From assembly GCA_963787965.1 (NCBI GenBank), contig CAWBES010000013.1, positions 2,338 through 66,337 of the forward strand: a stretch of DNA of 64,000 bases, in the 5' to 3' direction. How positions within the stretch are numbered: the stretch's first letter is position 1; each line of letters begins with the position of its first letter. Origin of the DNA: an uncultured Alphaproteobacteria bacterium (lineage in GTDB: Bacteria > Vulcanimicrobiota > Vulcanimicrobiia > Vulcanimicrobiales > Vulcanimicrobiaceae). This document shows, piece by piece, positions 16,200 to 25,646 of the stretch. The position numbers and the translations under genes were made by a program. Below the pieces are notes generated by a model. The model was not told the origin of the DNA. It ran no database searches and was given only the letters and a program-made list of their open reading frames with translations.

Positions 16200-18606
16200 G
16201 TGGGACGCGGCGGGCGCCGTGCTGGCGTTGCTCGCGACGCTGTGTCCGCTCGAGAGCGCGGCCGCGCCCGCTCAGCCCGCCGTGACGTCCTCGCCCGGCA
16301 GCGCCGAGCTGCAAACGACTGCGGCGCAAACGACCCTGGCGCAGGCCGGCGACCAGCGGGCCGCGCTGTCGCTCGTGGTCGACGGCGTGCCGAAGGCGGA
16401 AAACGTCATCGCGTACTTGCGGCCGAACGACGTCCTGGTCGAGGAAAAGGATCTGATCGCCGCCGCGGTGCCGCTTCCGGGTGCGACTATCGTGGAGATC
16501 AAGGGACGCCGCTTCGTTTCGCTGGCTTCGCTTGCGCCGCACGTCACCTATCGGATCGACGTCGACGCGCTGAGCTTGAACCTGCAAGTCGACCCGGCGC
16601 TTTTGGGGCACACGACCGTCGTCGTCGGCGAACCGATCGAGAACGAGCGCCCGGCCCGCGCCGACCCGAGCGGTTTCTTGACGTATTCGCTTTCCAGCGG
16701 CGCGAGCAACGGTTCGAGCGCGAGCGGTTACGCTCAAGCGGGTGCCGGCAGCGCCGCGGCCGGGCTCTTCACCGCCAGCGCCTCGTACGCGCAAGGCGGG
16801 GCCCACCGCGGGCTGATCGCCTACCAGCGGGAGTCAGAGCCGAACCTCAGCCGCTTGACCGCCGGTGACGAGTACGCCACGACCGGCAACCTCGGCGCCA
16901 ACGTGGTCGTCGGCGGTCTGGGCGCAACCCGGCAATTCGATTTTCAGCCGGATTATGCGTATTTTCCGACGCCGGGAATGAGCGGCACCGCGCTCAGCCC
17001 GACGACCGCCGACCTGTACGCCAACGGCACGCTCGTGCGTTCGGTGCAGTTGGCCCCCGGCGTCTTCAACTTATCGGGAATTCCGGTGGCGCCCGGCGCC
17101 GGGGTCACGCAAGTCGTTCTGCGCGACGCCTACGGCAACACGCAAACGTACAACGGCGCGTACTACCAATCGCGCCAGCTCCTGCGCACGGGAGTGACCG
17201 ACTACAACTACCATGTGGGTTTCGTGCGCGCCGATCCCTTCGGCGACGACGACGCCTACGGACCCTTTGCCGCGCTCGGCGAGTACCGCATCGGTTTCTC
17301 GGATGCGGTAACCGTGGGCGCCCGGTTCGAGGCTACGGCCGGCACGTGGAGCGGCGGCCCGCAGTTGGACTTCGGGTTGCCGATCGGACACGTCTCGCTC
17401 GATCTCGCGGCCAGTAACGCCTTCGGCGCCGCCGGGAACGCGCTGGGCGCCGAGTACGACTATCTCGGCAGGCGGTTCGGAATCACTCTCGCGGCCCAAA
17501 CGCAGAGCGCGAACTATGCGACGGCAAGTCTGGAGCCGAACGCGCCGCGCCAGCTCTCGAGCGTGCGCGAGACGTTCGGGCTGCCGGTCGGACGCGGTGC
17601 GACCTTCAACGTGTCCAATACGACGAGCACGTACACCGGTCAACCGGCGGGCGGCCAGTTGCTCGCCGACCTGACGGTGCAGCCGCGGCGGCGCGCGTAC
17701 TTCGTCACGTTCAGCGCGGAGCGCGATACGGGCGGCTCGATCTTCGGCATCGGCAACACGCTTTCATCGGCGCACTGGGCGTACGGGGCTCAAGTGACGT
17801 TTCTGACCAGCTCGAGCACGGATCTCACGGTCGGGACCGGAACCGGCGTCGGGAGCGCGACGACCGTCGACTTCACGAAATCGACGCCGACCGGCCCGGG
17901 CTTCGCTTACCAGGTCAGAGGTTCGGCGGGGGCCGCCGCGTCGGCGACCGCCCAGGTCGCGTACCAAACGCAATACGGCGATATCCAAGCGCTCAGCAAC
18001 ACCGGTGCGGGGCCGGAGTCGTCGTCGTTGACGCTGGCCGGGGCCCTGGTCGGCTTCCGGCAAGGCCTGTTCTTCACGCGGCCGGTGTCCGGCGCGTACG
18101 CGCTCGTCGACGTTCCGGAATTCGCCCGGTTGCCGGTCTTTTTCAACAACCAGTACGCGGGCCGCACCGACCGGCGCGATGCGATGATCGTGCCCAACCT
18201 CACACCCTACTACAACAACGACGTGAGCATCGATCAGCTGCGCGACCGGCTCGACCTCAGCGAAGATTCGTCCTCCGCCGAAGTGCGGCCGAAGACCCTC
18301 TCCGGCGTCGTCACCGAGTTCACGATTCGGCACTTCCACGCGTACGCCGGACACATCGTCGTCCACCGCGCCGGGCGCTCGATCGTTCCGGTGCTCGGGA
18401 GGATCGTGTTCAGCCGCGCGGGCACCGACTACGCGTCCGACCTGGGCGGCGAAGGCCAGTTCTACGTCGAGAACCTCGCAGCCGGGCACTTCGCAGCGAC
18501 CGTCACGACCGCCGACGGCCTCACCTGCGCCTTCGGGATCGATCTGCCGAGCGATGCAAGCCCGGTCACCTCCGTGGGGACGCTGGTCTGCGAGGCGGCA
18601 ACGTGA
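16192..18606 (+). CDS. Fimbrial outer-membrane usher (CsuD-like)
   Basis: The 804-aa protein has a signal peptide and a Gly/Tyr/Thr-rich beta-barrel composition. An N-terminal VDG.....VIAYLR...VLVEEKDL block is present. It overlaps the chaperone stop by 8 nt and the next gene by 4 nt. Confidence 0.7.
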   Translation: MCRWDAAGAVLALLATLCPLESAAAPAQPAVTSSPGSAELQTTAAQTTLAQAGDQRAALSLVVDGVPKAENVIAYLRPNDVLVEEKDLIAAAVPLPGATIVEIKGRRFVSLASLAPHVTYRIDVDALSLNLQVDPALLGHTTVVVGEPIENERPARADPSGFLTYSLSSGASNGSSASGYAQAGAGSAAAGLFTASASYAQGGAHRGLIAYQRESEPNLSRLTAGDEYATTGNLGANVVVGGLGATRQFDFQPDYAYFPTPGMSGTALSPTTADLYANGTLVRSVQLAPGVFNLSGIPVAPGAGVTQVVLRDAYGNTQTYNGAYYQSRQLLRTGVTDYNYHVGFVRADPFGDDDAYGPFAALGEYRIGFSDAVTVGARFEATAGTWSGGPQLDFGLPIGHVSLDLAASNAFGAAGNALGAEYDYLGRRFGITLAAQTQSANYATASLEPNAPRQLSSVRETFGLPVGRGATFNVSNTTSTYTGQPAGGQLLADLTVQPRRRAYFVTFSAERDTGGSIFGIGNTLSSAHWAYGAQVTFLTSSSTDLTVGTGTGVGSATTVDFTKSTPTGPGFAYQVRGSAGAAASATAQVAYQTQYGDIQALSNTGAGPESSSLTLAGALVGFRQGLFFTRPVSGAYALVDVPEFARLPVFFNNQYAGRTDRRDAMIVPNLTPYYNNDVSIDQLRDRLDLSEDSSSAEVRPKTLSGVVTEFTIRHFHAYAGHIVVHRAGRSIVPVLGRIVFSRAGTDYASDLGGEGQFYVENLAAGHFAATVTTADGLTCAFGIDLPSDASPVTSVGTLVCEAAT

Positions 18607-19043
18607 GCGGCCGGCGCGCGTTCCGTTCGTCCGCGGCCGTTATCGCGTTGGCCGCCCTCCCGGCAATCGCACTCGGGAGTCCGGTGTGCGGGATCTCGAA
18701 CGCGACCTCGCTCGCGTTCGGGACGATTTCCGATCCGGACGGCCCGCAGGACGCTCGCGCGAGCTTCGTCGTCACCTGCACGCGCACGCAGACGACGACG
18801 ATTTCGCTGGTCTATTCGCATCGCTTGAACGGCGGCGCGGGAGGCCGCGAGCTGACCTACGACCTGTACTCGTCCGCGAACCATGCGGCCGTCTGGGGCA
18901 GCGGCGGCGACGGAGCGCCGATCGAGCAGACCTTTGCCGCCGGGCGCCCGACCACGGTCTACGTGTACGCCCGTATACCGCCGCACCAACAGGCCGTCGC
19001 CGGACGGTTCGACGACAGCATCGAAATCGTGACGATGCCGTGA
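18603..19043 (+). CDS. Spore-coat-U (SCPU) domain pilus subunit with Cys pair
   Basis: A signal peptide is followed by SPVCGISNATSLAFGTIS...ASFVVTCT (the Cys pair seen in Csu subunits). The C-terminus is AGRFDDSIEIVTMP. Confidence 0.75.
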   Translation: MSGRRAFRSSAAVIALAALPAIALGSPVCGISNATSLAFGTISDPDGPQDARASFVVTCTRTQTTTISLVYSHRLNGGAGGRELTYDLYSSANHAAVWGSGGDGAPIEQTFAAGRPTTVYVYARIPPHQQAVAGRFDDSIEIVTMP

Positions 19044-19200
19044 CGGACGCTACGAACGAACCGCGCGGCGGACGCCGGCGAGACGAAACGACGCGCATCT
19101 GTTATGCTGGAGGATGCCCTCTACACCGGCGGCGCCGGTTCGGGCACCCAAGCAAACGGAAGCCATACCTTCCTGTATTTTCGATAATGCTAATGTCTTC

Positions 19201-19220
19201 ATTCGTCAACATTCGTCAAC
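19201..19220 (+). repeat. Exact tandem 10-bp repeat ATTCGTCAAC x2 in an AT-rich leader
   Basis: Read directly. It lies 32 nt upstream of ATG 19252, in the locally AT-rich stretch 19170-19225. Confidence 0.9.
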
Positions 19221-19251
19221 GAACGCTCGCTGCTGCGAGAGAGATCAAGGC

Positions 19252-20772
19252 ATGAAACGTAAGATCATCGACGCACCGGCCGGTCCGGCGCGTCGCATAC
19301 TGACCGTGCTCTGCGGAGCCGCATTCGTGGCGGCGTCCGCCGGCGCGATTCAAGCGGGCGAACTGCCCGATAGGACCGTCGTCGCGGCGGCTTCGACGCG
19401 GCTGGTGCTTCCGCCGTCGCGAGCGAAGGCGCTGCAGCAGTTCTCCTATTCGCTCGCGCTGACCGCGGCGGAGTGGGGCGCGCCGCTCGTCACGATGTAC
19501 AACCTGCGCCACAACGACGTCTTCGGCCCGTCGCCGAAAGCGCTTCCAAACGGCATCTGGCGCATGTCGAACATCTCGACCCCGGAACTCTCTCGAGAGG
19601 CCGGCTACGTCACGCCGAACGTCAACACGATCTACGGCTTCGGGTTCCTGGATCTCGGCCCGCAGCCCGTCGTGCTGACGCTGCCGGACTCCAGAGGGCT
19701 GTACTACATGGTCGAGGTCTGCGATATGTGGACCAACGCGTTCGCGTATCCCGCCGGGGCGGCCCGCGGGTATAAGGGCGGAACCTTCGCCATCGTCGGT
19801 CCTGGCTGGACCGGAACGCTGCCGCCGAACGTCCAGCGCATCGACTCGCCGACGCGCTGGGTCCTCATCCAGCCGCGCGTCCACCTCGCGAGACAAGCGG
19901 ATCTCGCGGCTTCGCGAGCGGTCCTCGACGGCATCACCACGCGCGGATTGGCCGAATTCCTCGGTCAGCCGGCACCGGCCGCACCGAAGTACGATTATCT
20001 CGCGCCCGTCTACAAGACCGCGACGCAGCCCGTCAGCGCGCTGAACTACCAAGACCCGCTGCAGTTCTGGGATATCCTGTCGCGGGCGATGAACGAGAAC
20101 CCGCCGCCGAAGGAACAGATCGCGGCGTTACTGCCGCTGTTCGCGCCGCTCGGGCTCGAACTCGGAAAGACGTGGGACCGCTCGCGCGTACAACCCGATA
20201 TGCTCGCTTCGATGAAGCAGGCGGCCGGCGACATCGGCGAACTGCTGGGTACCGTACCGATCGGCGAATTCGCGGGCGGCTGGTTCGTACCGCCGCCGAC
20301 CATCGGTAATTTCGGCACCGACTACTTCACGCGAGCGGTCGTCGCGCGCGACGGCCTGACCGCCAATACGCCGAACGAAGCCGTGTACTTCGACTCGACC
20401 ACGGACGAAACCGGAACGCTCCTGAGCGGTGCCGACCGCTACGCGGTGACGTTCCACCAGTTACCGCCGTTCAACGCCCCGGGCTTTTGGTCCGTGACGA
20501 TGTATGACGGAACGAATAACTACACCGTTCCCAACGCGCTCAACCGGTACTCGTTGGGTAGCGACGACGCGCTCAAGACCGCCGCCGACGGCTCGACGAC
20601 CCTGTATATCCAGCACGCGAGTCCGGGAACGGCGCTCGAATCGAACTGGCTTCCGGCGCCGGCCGGGCCGTTCTACATGATCCTGCGCTCGTACGCGCCG
20701 GGGCCCGCGATCGTCCAGACGCTCTCGAAGCCTGGGACGTACGCCCTGCCGCCCATCCGGCTCGTGAAATAA
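19252..20772 (+). CDS. DUF1254 + DUF1214 domain secreted protein
   Basis: ATG 19252 opens MKRKIID...signal. YYMVEVCDMWTNAFAYP is DUF1254-like, and FWSVTMYDG.NNY.VPNALNRYSLGS is DUF1214-like. Confidence 0.8.
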   Translation: MKRKIIDAPAGPARRILTVLCGAAFVAASAGAIQAGELPDRTVVAAASTRLVLPPSRAKALQQFSYSLALTAAEWGAPLVTMYNLRHNDVFGPSPKALPNGIWRMSNISTPELSREAGYVTPNVNTIYGFGFLDLGPQPVVLTLPDSRGLYYMVEVCDMWTNAFAYPAGAARGYKGGTFAIVGPGWTGTLPPNVQRIDSPTRWVLIQPRVHLARQADLAASRAVLDGITTRGLAEFLGQPAPAAPKYDYLAPVYKTATQPVSALNYQDPLQFWDILSRAMNENPPPKEQIAALLPLFAPLGLELGKTWDRSRVQPDMLASMKQAAGDIGELLGTVPIGEFAGGWFVPPPTIGNFGTDYFTRAVVARDGLTANTPNEAVYFDSTTDETGTLLSGADRYAVTFHQLPPFNAPGFWSVTMYDGTNNYTVPNALNRYSLGSDDALKTAADGSTTLYIQHASPGTALESNWLPAPAGPFYMILRSYAPGPAIVQTLSKPGTYALPPIRLVK

Positions 20773-20914
20773 CCCGCAGACCGAGAGCGACGCGACGTTC
20801 GGGATCTGCGCTGGCCATCGGTAATGTTGCAAGGAGTCCGGAGGGTCGCCGGCCTGCAAACGTCGGACGAACGCGACGTACGGATCGTCGCGCGCGCCGC
20901 GCGTAGAACCGCGG

Positions 20915-21484
20915 CTAGCGTTTCCAGTACGAGTTCGGAACGGCGACGGCACCTGAGGTGCGGTCGTGCGGTACCCACGGCCGCGCCGCATAGCCGATGC
21001 AATCCGGCACCGTTCCGACGGCGCCATCGATCGGGTGGAAGACGGCGTTGCAGTTCGGCGCGTTGAGGACTTGCGGTGACACCAGACACGACGGCGCGCC
21101 TGCAAAGATCGCGATGCCCTCGTCTTCGGAAGGATCGACGAGGCTGAAACGCAGCCGCGGCGGTGGGACGTAAGGGGTTATCGTCGCCATCGCCGCGCGC
21201 TGCGCGCGGCTCAGACCTGGAACGCCCCGTTTACCGAGATCGGCGACGCGGAACACGAGCCCGCGTCCGGCGTCCCGCGACCCGGGAGCAAAACAGTTCC
21301 AACCTAGACCGTGCAGATATCCGGCGGCCGGCGGGTACCCGCCTTTCGAAGCCGCCGTATCGGCCCCCGACGCAGCGAACGTGGAGCCGCCGAGCGAAAA
21401 CCCCAACAGCAAAATCGCGACCGGAGCGCGCGTTCTTCTGAAAGTTACCGAAGTCGCCTTTACTAACGTTGACGTAGTATCCAA
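20915..21484 (-). CDS. Hypothetical secreted Cys-containing protein
   Basis: The N-terminus has RRTRAPVAILLLGFSLGGSTFAASGA (signal, possibly Tat-like). There are six Cys and no family motif that I recognise. Confidence 0.5.
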   Translation of the reverse strand: MDTTSTLVKATSVTFRRTRAPVAILLLGFSLGGSTFAASGADTAASKGGYPPAAGYLHGLGWNCFAPGSRDAGRGLVFRVADLGKRGVPGLSRAQRAAMATITPYVPPPRLRFSLVDPSEDEGIAIFAGAPSCLVSPQVLNAPNCNAVFHPIDGAVGTVPDCIGYAARPWVPHDRTSGAVAVPNSYWKR

Positions 21485-21614
21485 ACGGCGTCCTTTCGTA
21501 GCTGAGCCCGGGATACGGCGGGATGGGGGATTGCCTTTAGCTTGGGTCAGTTAGAATACTACGTTCGATCCGGCTCGTGAAGTAACCTCACCGCCGCGCG
21601 CCGTGCCCGTCTCG

Positions 21615-22784
21615 TTAGCGGTAGAGAAAGGGGTCGGCAGGGCGCGGCGTGCGGCGCCACGCCGACGTTTGCAGGACGAGCGCGCCGCCCGCACCGCGCG
21701 CGACGACGCCGTCGACCGTGACCCATTCGCCCTGCGCCACGGCCAGCCGCCGGTCGAGCGCGATCGCAACCGGTGAGGCGTCGATGCGGCAGCAGGCGAT
21801 GGCGAAGCGTTCGACCAGCGTCACGTTTCCGGCCCGCAGCGCCGTGCCGGCGAAGCTCAGGCGCGCGCCGGGGAACGCGCCGGGAAGCCCGGCGGCGTCG
21901 GTCCGGTAGGCCGGCTGCGGCGAGCCGGCCAGCAGCGCCCCGGCCATGAGGGCCGGCGCCAGCGCCGCGCCCCGCTTCAAGGCGGTCGTTCGTTTCCGGC
22001 AGCCCAGGGCCGCCATGACGGCGGCGGCTGCCACCGCGGGGACGAGGTGCGGACTGACCAGGCCTGAGGGCCCGCGCCACGCAAGCGCGGCCAGGGCCGC
22101 CGCCAGCAACACGCTCGCGAAGCGCGTCTCCCGGGCCGCGGCGCGCGGCGCGGGAGGCAGCTCGAGGCCGAGCAGACCGGCGCTTGCAAGCAGCCCGGCG
22201 GCCGCGGCCGGGAGCGGACCGGCCAGCGCCGCCGCGCTCGCCACGCCGGCCGTCGCGCACGGCACCACCGCACCGAGGGCGACGCCCGCCGCGAACGCCA
22301 GCGCCGAACCGGCCGCGCCGGAGGCGTGCAACGTCGCTGCGCCCGCGCCCAAGGCTCCGGCCGCGACGGACGCGACGGCGGCCGTGACCGCGAGCGCGGC
22401 CAGCTCCGCGAACGCGTCGGGAGCGTGCTCGTCGGCGCCTTCGTGACAGCGCCCGGGGCCGCGCGCCCGGCGCGTCAGGATCAGCGCCAAAGCCGCCCCG
22501 ACCCTTCCGAGCGCGACCGCGGGGCCGAAGGCGAGCCAGCAGAGCGCGGCGGCCGGCAGCGAGAGGGCGCCCGGGAGCCGCCCCCGGCAGCCGCAACCCG
22601 CGAGTACGGCAAAGGCGCCCAGCGCGCGCAGCCGCGGTGAGCCCAGCAGCTCCGCCAGCAGGACGAACGGAGCGGCCTCGAAGAGGCTTCCGGCCGCCGC
22701 GGCCAGCGCGGCGTGCAACGCCGGCGGGGGCAGCGCGGCGCAGAACGCGGCGGCGGCGATCGGTTTCCAGGGCAGTCGAGGCAT
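21615..22784 (-). CDS. Ala-rich polytopic membrane protein with C-terminal TIGR03943/DUF1980-like domain
   Basis: ATG 22784 (CAT 22782-22784) opens MPRLPWKP. Multiple hydrophobic segments and a GCGC motif are present. The C-terminal RFAIACCRIDASPVAIAL resembles the CC..D motif of DUF1980 (YcgQ-type) proteins. The upstream part of the track ORF overlaps hisS. Confidence 0.55.
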   Translation of the reverse strand: MPRLPWKPIAAAAFCAALPPPALHAALAAAAGSLFEAAPFVLLAELLGSPRLRALGAFAVLAGCGCRGRLPGALSLPAAALCWLAFGPAVALGRVGAALALILTRRARGPGRCHEGADEHAPDAFAELAALAVTAAVASVAAGALGAGAATLHASGAAGSALAFAAGVALGAVVPCATAGVASAAALAGPLPAAAAGLLASAGLLGLELPPAPRAAARETRFASVLLAAALAALAWRGPSGLVSPHLVPAVAAAAVMAALGCRKRTTALKRGAALAPALMAGALLAGSPQPAYRTDAAGLPGAFPGARLSFAGTALRAGNVTLVERFAIACCRIDASPVAIALDRRLAVAQGEWVTVDGVVARGAGGALVLQTSAWRRTPRPADPFLYR

Positions 22785-22814
22785 TTCGGTCGCCCGCGGA
22801 CGAATAAGGACGAG

Positions 22815-24119
22815 ATGAACAAGATCGCCGCCCCGCGTGGAACGGCAGACGTCTATCCCCCCGAAAGCGCCCTCTGGCAAGCGCTGGAAGCGCGCATCCG
22901 CGCGATCGCGCACCGCTACGGCTACGGCGAAATTCGCACCCCGACGTTCGAATCGACCGAACTGTTCGTGCGCGGCGTCGGCGAGACGACCGACATCGTC
23001 GAAAAAGAGATGTATACGTTCGCCGACAAGGGCAAGCGCAGCATGACGCTGCGGCCCGAGTGGACGGCGCCCGTCGTGCGCGCGGTGCTCGAGCACAACC
23101 TGCTGGCGCAGGGTCCGCAGCGCCTCTATTACCTGGGCCCGATCTATCGCTACGAACGCCCCCAAGCCGGGCGTTACCGGCAGGCCCATCAGTTCGGCGT
23201 CGAGTGCTTCGGCTTTGCCGGCCCCGAAGCCGACGTCGAGACGATCGCGCTGGCCGACGAGGTCGTGCGCGCGCACGGGCCGGCCGTGTCCCTCTCCATC
23301 AACTCGATCGGCGACGAGGCGTGCCGGCCGCGCTATCGCGAAGCGCTGTTCGCCCACTTCGCGCCGCACCGCGACGCGCTCTCGCCCGACTCACAGCGCC
23401 GGCTCGAGCGCAACCCGCTGCGCATCCTCGATAGTAAGGCACCTGAAGATCGCGCCCTCGTCGCAAGCGCGCCGGCCATGCTCGAGGTGCTGTGCGAACC
23501 CTGCGCCCGGCATTTCGCGCGGGTCTGCGCGCTGCTCGACGCCGTCGGAGTGCCGTACGACGTCGATCCGCGCATCGTGCGCGGGCTCGACTACTACACG
23601 CGCACCGTCTTCGAGTTCGTCTCGCGCGACCTGGGCGCGCAAGCGACGGTGTGCGCCGGCGGCCGCTACGACGGGCTGGTCGCCTCGCTCGGCGGTCCGC
23701 CCACGCCGGGCGTCGGCTTCGCGCTCGGGTTGGAGCGCTTCTTGATGCTGCTCGCGATGCGCCGCAGCGAGGACGGCGGGGCGCGTTCGGGCATCGCGGT
23801 CGTGGCCCTCGGCGAGGCCGCGCGAACGCGCGTCGTGCCGCTGGTGGCCGCGCTGCGCCGGCAGAGCGGGGAACTGGCGGTCACGATCGACTACGGCGAC
23901 GCCAAGATCGCGGCGCAGTTCAGGAAGGCGGACCGGGCGAACGCGCGCGCGGCCGTGATCGTCGGCGACGACGAAGTCGCGGCCGGTACGCTGGTCGTGC
24001 GCGATCTGGCGACGCGCGTGCAGGACACGCTGGCGGCCGCAGGCGACGAAGCCGCGACCGCCGCGCACGTGTTGCGCTGGTACCGTTCCCTGCCGGCCGC
24101 CCCGCAGGAGGCGGCGTGA
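22815..24119 (+). CDS. hisS: Histidine--tRNA ligase
   Basis: ATG 22815 opens MNKIAAPRGTADVYP. MYTFADKGKRSMTLRPEWT, YRYERPQAGRYRQAHQFG and GGRYDGL are present. Confidence 0.95.
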   Translation: MNKIAAPRGTADVYPPESALWQALEARIRAIAHRYGYGEIRTPTFESTELFVRGVGETTDIVEKEMYTFADKGKRSMTLRPEWTAPVVRAVLEHNLLAQGPQRLYYLGPIYRYERPQAGRYRQAHQFGVECFGFAGPEADVETIALADEVVRAHGPAVSLSINSIGDEACRPRYREALFAHFAPHRDALSPDSQRRLERNPLRILDSKAPEDRALVASAPAMLEVLCEPCARHFARVCALLDAVGVPYDVDPRIVRGLDYYTRTVFEFVSRDLGAQATVCAGGRYDGLVASLGGPPTPGVGFALGLERFLMLLAMRRSEDGGARSGIAVVALGEAARTRVVPLVAALRRQSGELAVTIDYGDAKIAAQFRKADRANARAAVIVGDDEVAAGTLVVRDLATRVQDTLAAAGDEAATAAHVLRWYRSLPAAPQEAA

Positions 24120-24559
24120 CCGGCGAGCGCGAGGCGCTGGACGCGATGCTGTCCGTGCTTCGCGACTACGATCTCGATGCGCTGATCGTACGCGTCGGCG
24201 GCTCGACCTACGAGCTGGTCGCGCGTACGGAGGCGGCCGGCGTCGCGGCGCCCGCCGCGCCGGCCGTTGCGGCCGAGCCGGCGTTCGCACCGGCCGAGGC
24301 CGCGCCCGTCGCGGCCGCGAACGCGAAAAAGGTCACCTCGCCGATCATCGGCGTCTTCTACCGGGCGCCGTCGCCGGGTGCGGAACCGTTCGTCGAAGTC
24401 GGCGACCGCGTCGAAGTCGGCCAGGTGCTGTGCATCCTCGAAGCGATGAAATTGATGAACGAGATAACGAGCGACTACGCCGGCGTCGTGCGCCGCATTC
24501 TGCCCGAGAACGGCGCGCTCGTGTCGCTCGGCGAGGAGATGTTTTGGATCGAACCGTAG
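24116..24559 (+). CDS. accB: Biotin carboxyl carrier protein (BCCP)
   Basis: GTG 24116 overlaps the hisS stop (GTGA). An Ala/Pro linker is followed by SPIIGVFY...VGQVLCILEAMKLMNEI (biotinyl-Lys motif). No accC is adjacent. Confidence 0.8.
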   Translation: MTGEREALDAMLSVLRDYDLDALIVRVGGSTYELVARTEAAGVAAPAAPAVAAEPAFAPAEAAPVAAANAKKVTSPIIGVFYRAPSPGAEPFVEVGDRVEVGQVLCILEAMKLMNEITSDYAGVVRRILPENGALVSLGEEMFWIEP

Positions 24560-25128
24560 CCCGCAAGGGATTTCGCGCGCTCCTCGACGAGCGGCGCGGC
24601 TTGCTGGACGCCGACCGCTACGAGGCCGTGACCGATCGCATCGCGCGCACGCTGGTGGCCGCGTTCAGTGCCGGGCGCAAGGTACTGTGGTGCGGGAACG
24701 GCGGGAGCGCGGCCGACGCGCAGCATCTCGCAGCCGAATTCTCCGGCCGCTTTCTGCGCGAACGCCGCGGCCTGCCCTCCGAAGCGCTGTCGGTCAACTC
24801 GTCGGCCGTCACCGCGATCGCGAACGACTACGGGTACGAGCGCGTCTTCGCGCGCCAAGTCGAGGCCTTCGCCCAGCCGGGCGACGTCGTGATCGGTATT
24901 TCGACCAGCGGCAATTCGCCCAACGTCATACTCGCGCTCGAGGAGGCGAAGCGGATCGGTGCCACGACGATCGCGTTCAGCGGCAACGGGGGCGGGCGGC
25001 TGGCGGACGTCGCGGACATCGCGCTGATCGGTCCCGACGGCTACTCGGCGCTGGTTCAGGAAGTGCACATAACGCTCGGTCATATCGTGTGCGACCTGGT
25101 CGAGCAGGCGCTCTTCCCCGACGCATGA
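24544..25128 (+). CDS. gmhA: Phosphoheptose isomerase (SIS domain)
   Basis: CGNGGSAADAQHLAAEF, ISTSGNSPNV and QEVHITLGHIVC are present. The TTG start at 24544 gives 194 aa and overlaps the accB end by 16 nt. Confidence 0.85.
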   Translation: MDRTVARKGFRALLDERRGLLDADRYEAVTDRIARTLVAAFSAGRKVLWCGNGGSAADAQHLAAEFSGRFLRERRGLPSEALSVNSSAVTAIANDYGYERVFARQVEAFAQPGDVVIGISTSGNSPNVILALEEAKRIGATTIAFSGNGGGRLADVADIALIGPDGYSALVQEVHITLGHIVCDLVEQALFPDA

Positions 25129-25646
25129 AACCGGCCGCATTTCTCGATCGCGACGGAACGCTGATGGAAGATTCGGGCTTTATCGGCGACCCGCGCCGCG
25201 TGCGCGTGCTCGACGGCGTCGCCGAAGCCCTGGTGGAACTCGCCGCCGCGGGTTACGAGCGCATCGTGATCACCAACCAGTCCGGCGTCGCGCGCGGAAT
25301 GTTCGGCGAAGCCGACGTCGCCAACGTCAACCGCGCGCTGCGGGAGGAACTGGCCGCGCGCGGCGCGAGCCTCGACGCGTTCTATTTTTGCGCGCACCTC
25401 GACGGCTGCGACTGCCGCAAACCCGCTCCCGGCATGGTCCGCCGCGCGGTCGCGGAGCGAGCGCTGGATCTGCCGCGCAGCGTGGTCTTCGGCGATCGCG
25501 GCAGCGACATCGCCCTGGCCGCGAGCGTCGGGGTTCCCGGCATCCTGGTCAACGAACTGCCCGGCTACGACGGGCCGCCGCCGCTCTACCGCGCGCGTTC
25601 GTTGCGCGAGGGCGTCCGCTTCTTCCTCGAGCACGTGCATGCGTAA
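25125..25646 (+). CDS. gmhB: D-glycero-D-manno-heptose 1,7-bisphosphate phosphatase (HAD)
   Basis: There is an ATGA overlap with gmhA. AAFLDRDGTL, ITNQSGVARG, the C.H....C.CRKP zinc motif and FGDRGSD are present. Confidence 0.85.
   Translation: MKPAAFLDRDGTLMEDSGFIGDPRRVRVLDGVAEALVELAAAGYERIVITNQSGVARGMFGEADVANVNRALREELAARGASLDAFYFCAHLDGCDCRKPAPGMVRRAVAERALDLPRSVVFGDRGSDIALAASVGVPGILVNELPGYDGPPPLYRARSLREGVRFFLEHVHA

Noticed and set aside
24116-24559. The BCCP gene between hisS and gmhA, considered as a possible mis-call of a lipoyl or other domain, or as a fragment.
   Set aside because: It has the full BCCP layout: an N-terminal domain, an Ala/Pro linker and the EAMKLMNEI biotinylation motif. 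It is intact, and only its genomic context (no accC) is unusual. That point is noted under the hisS-aspS finding.
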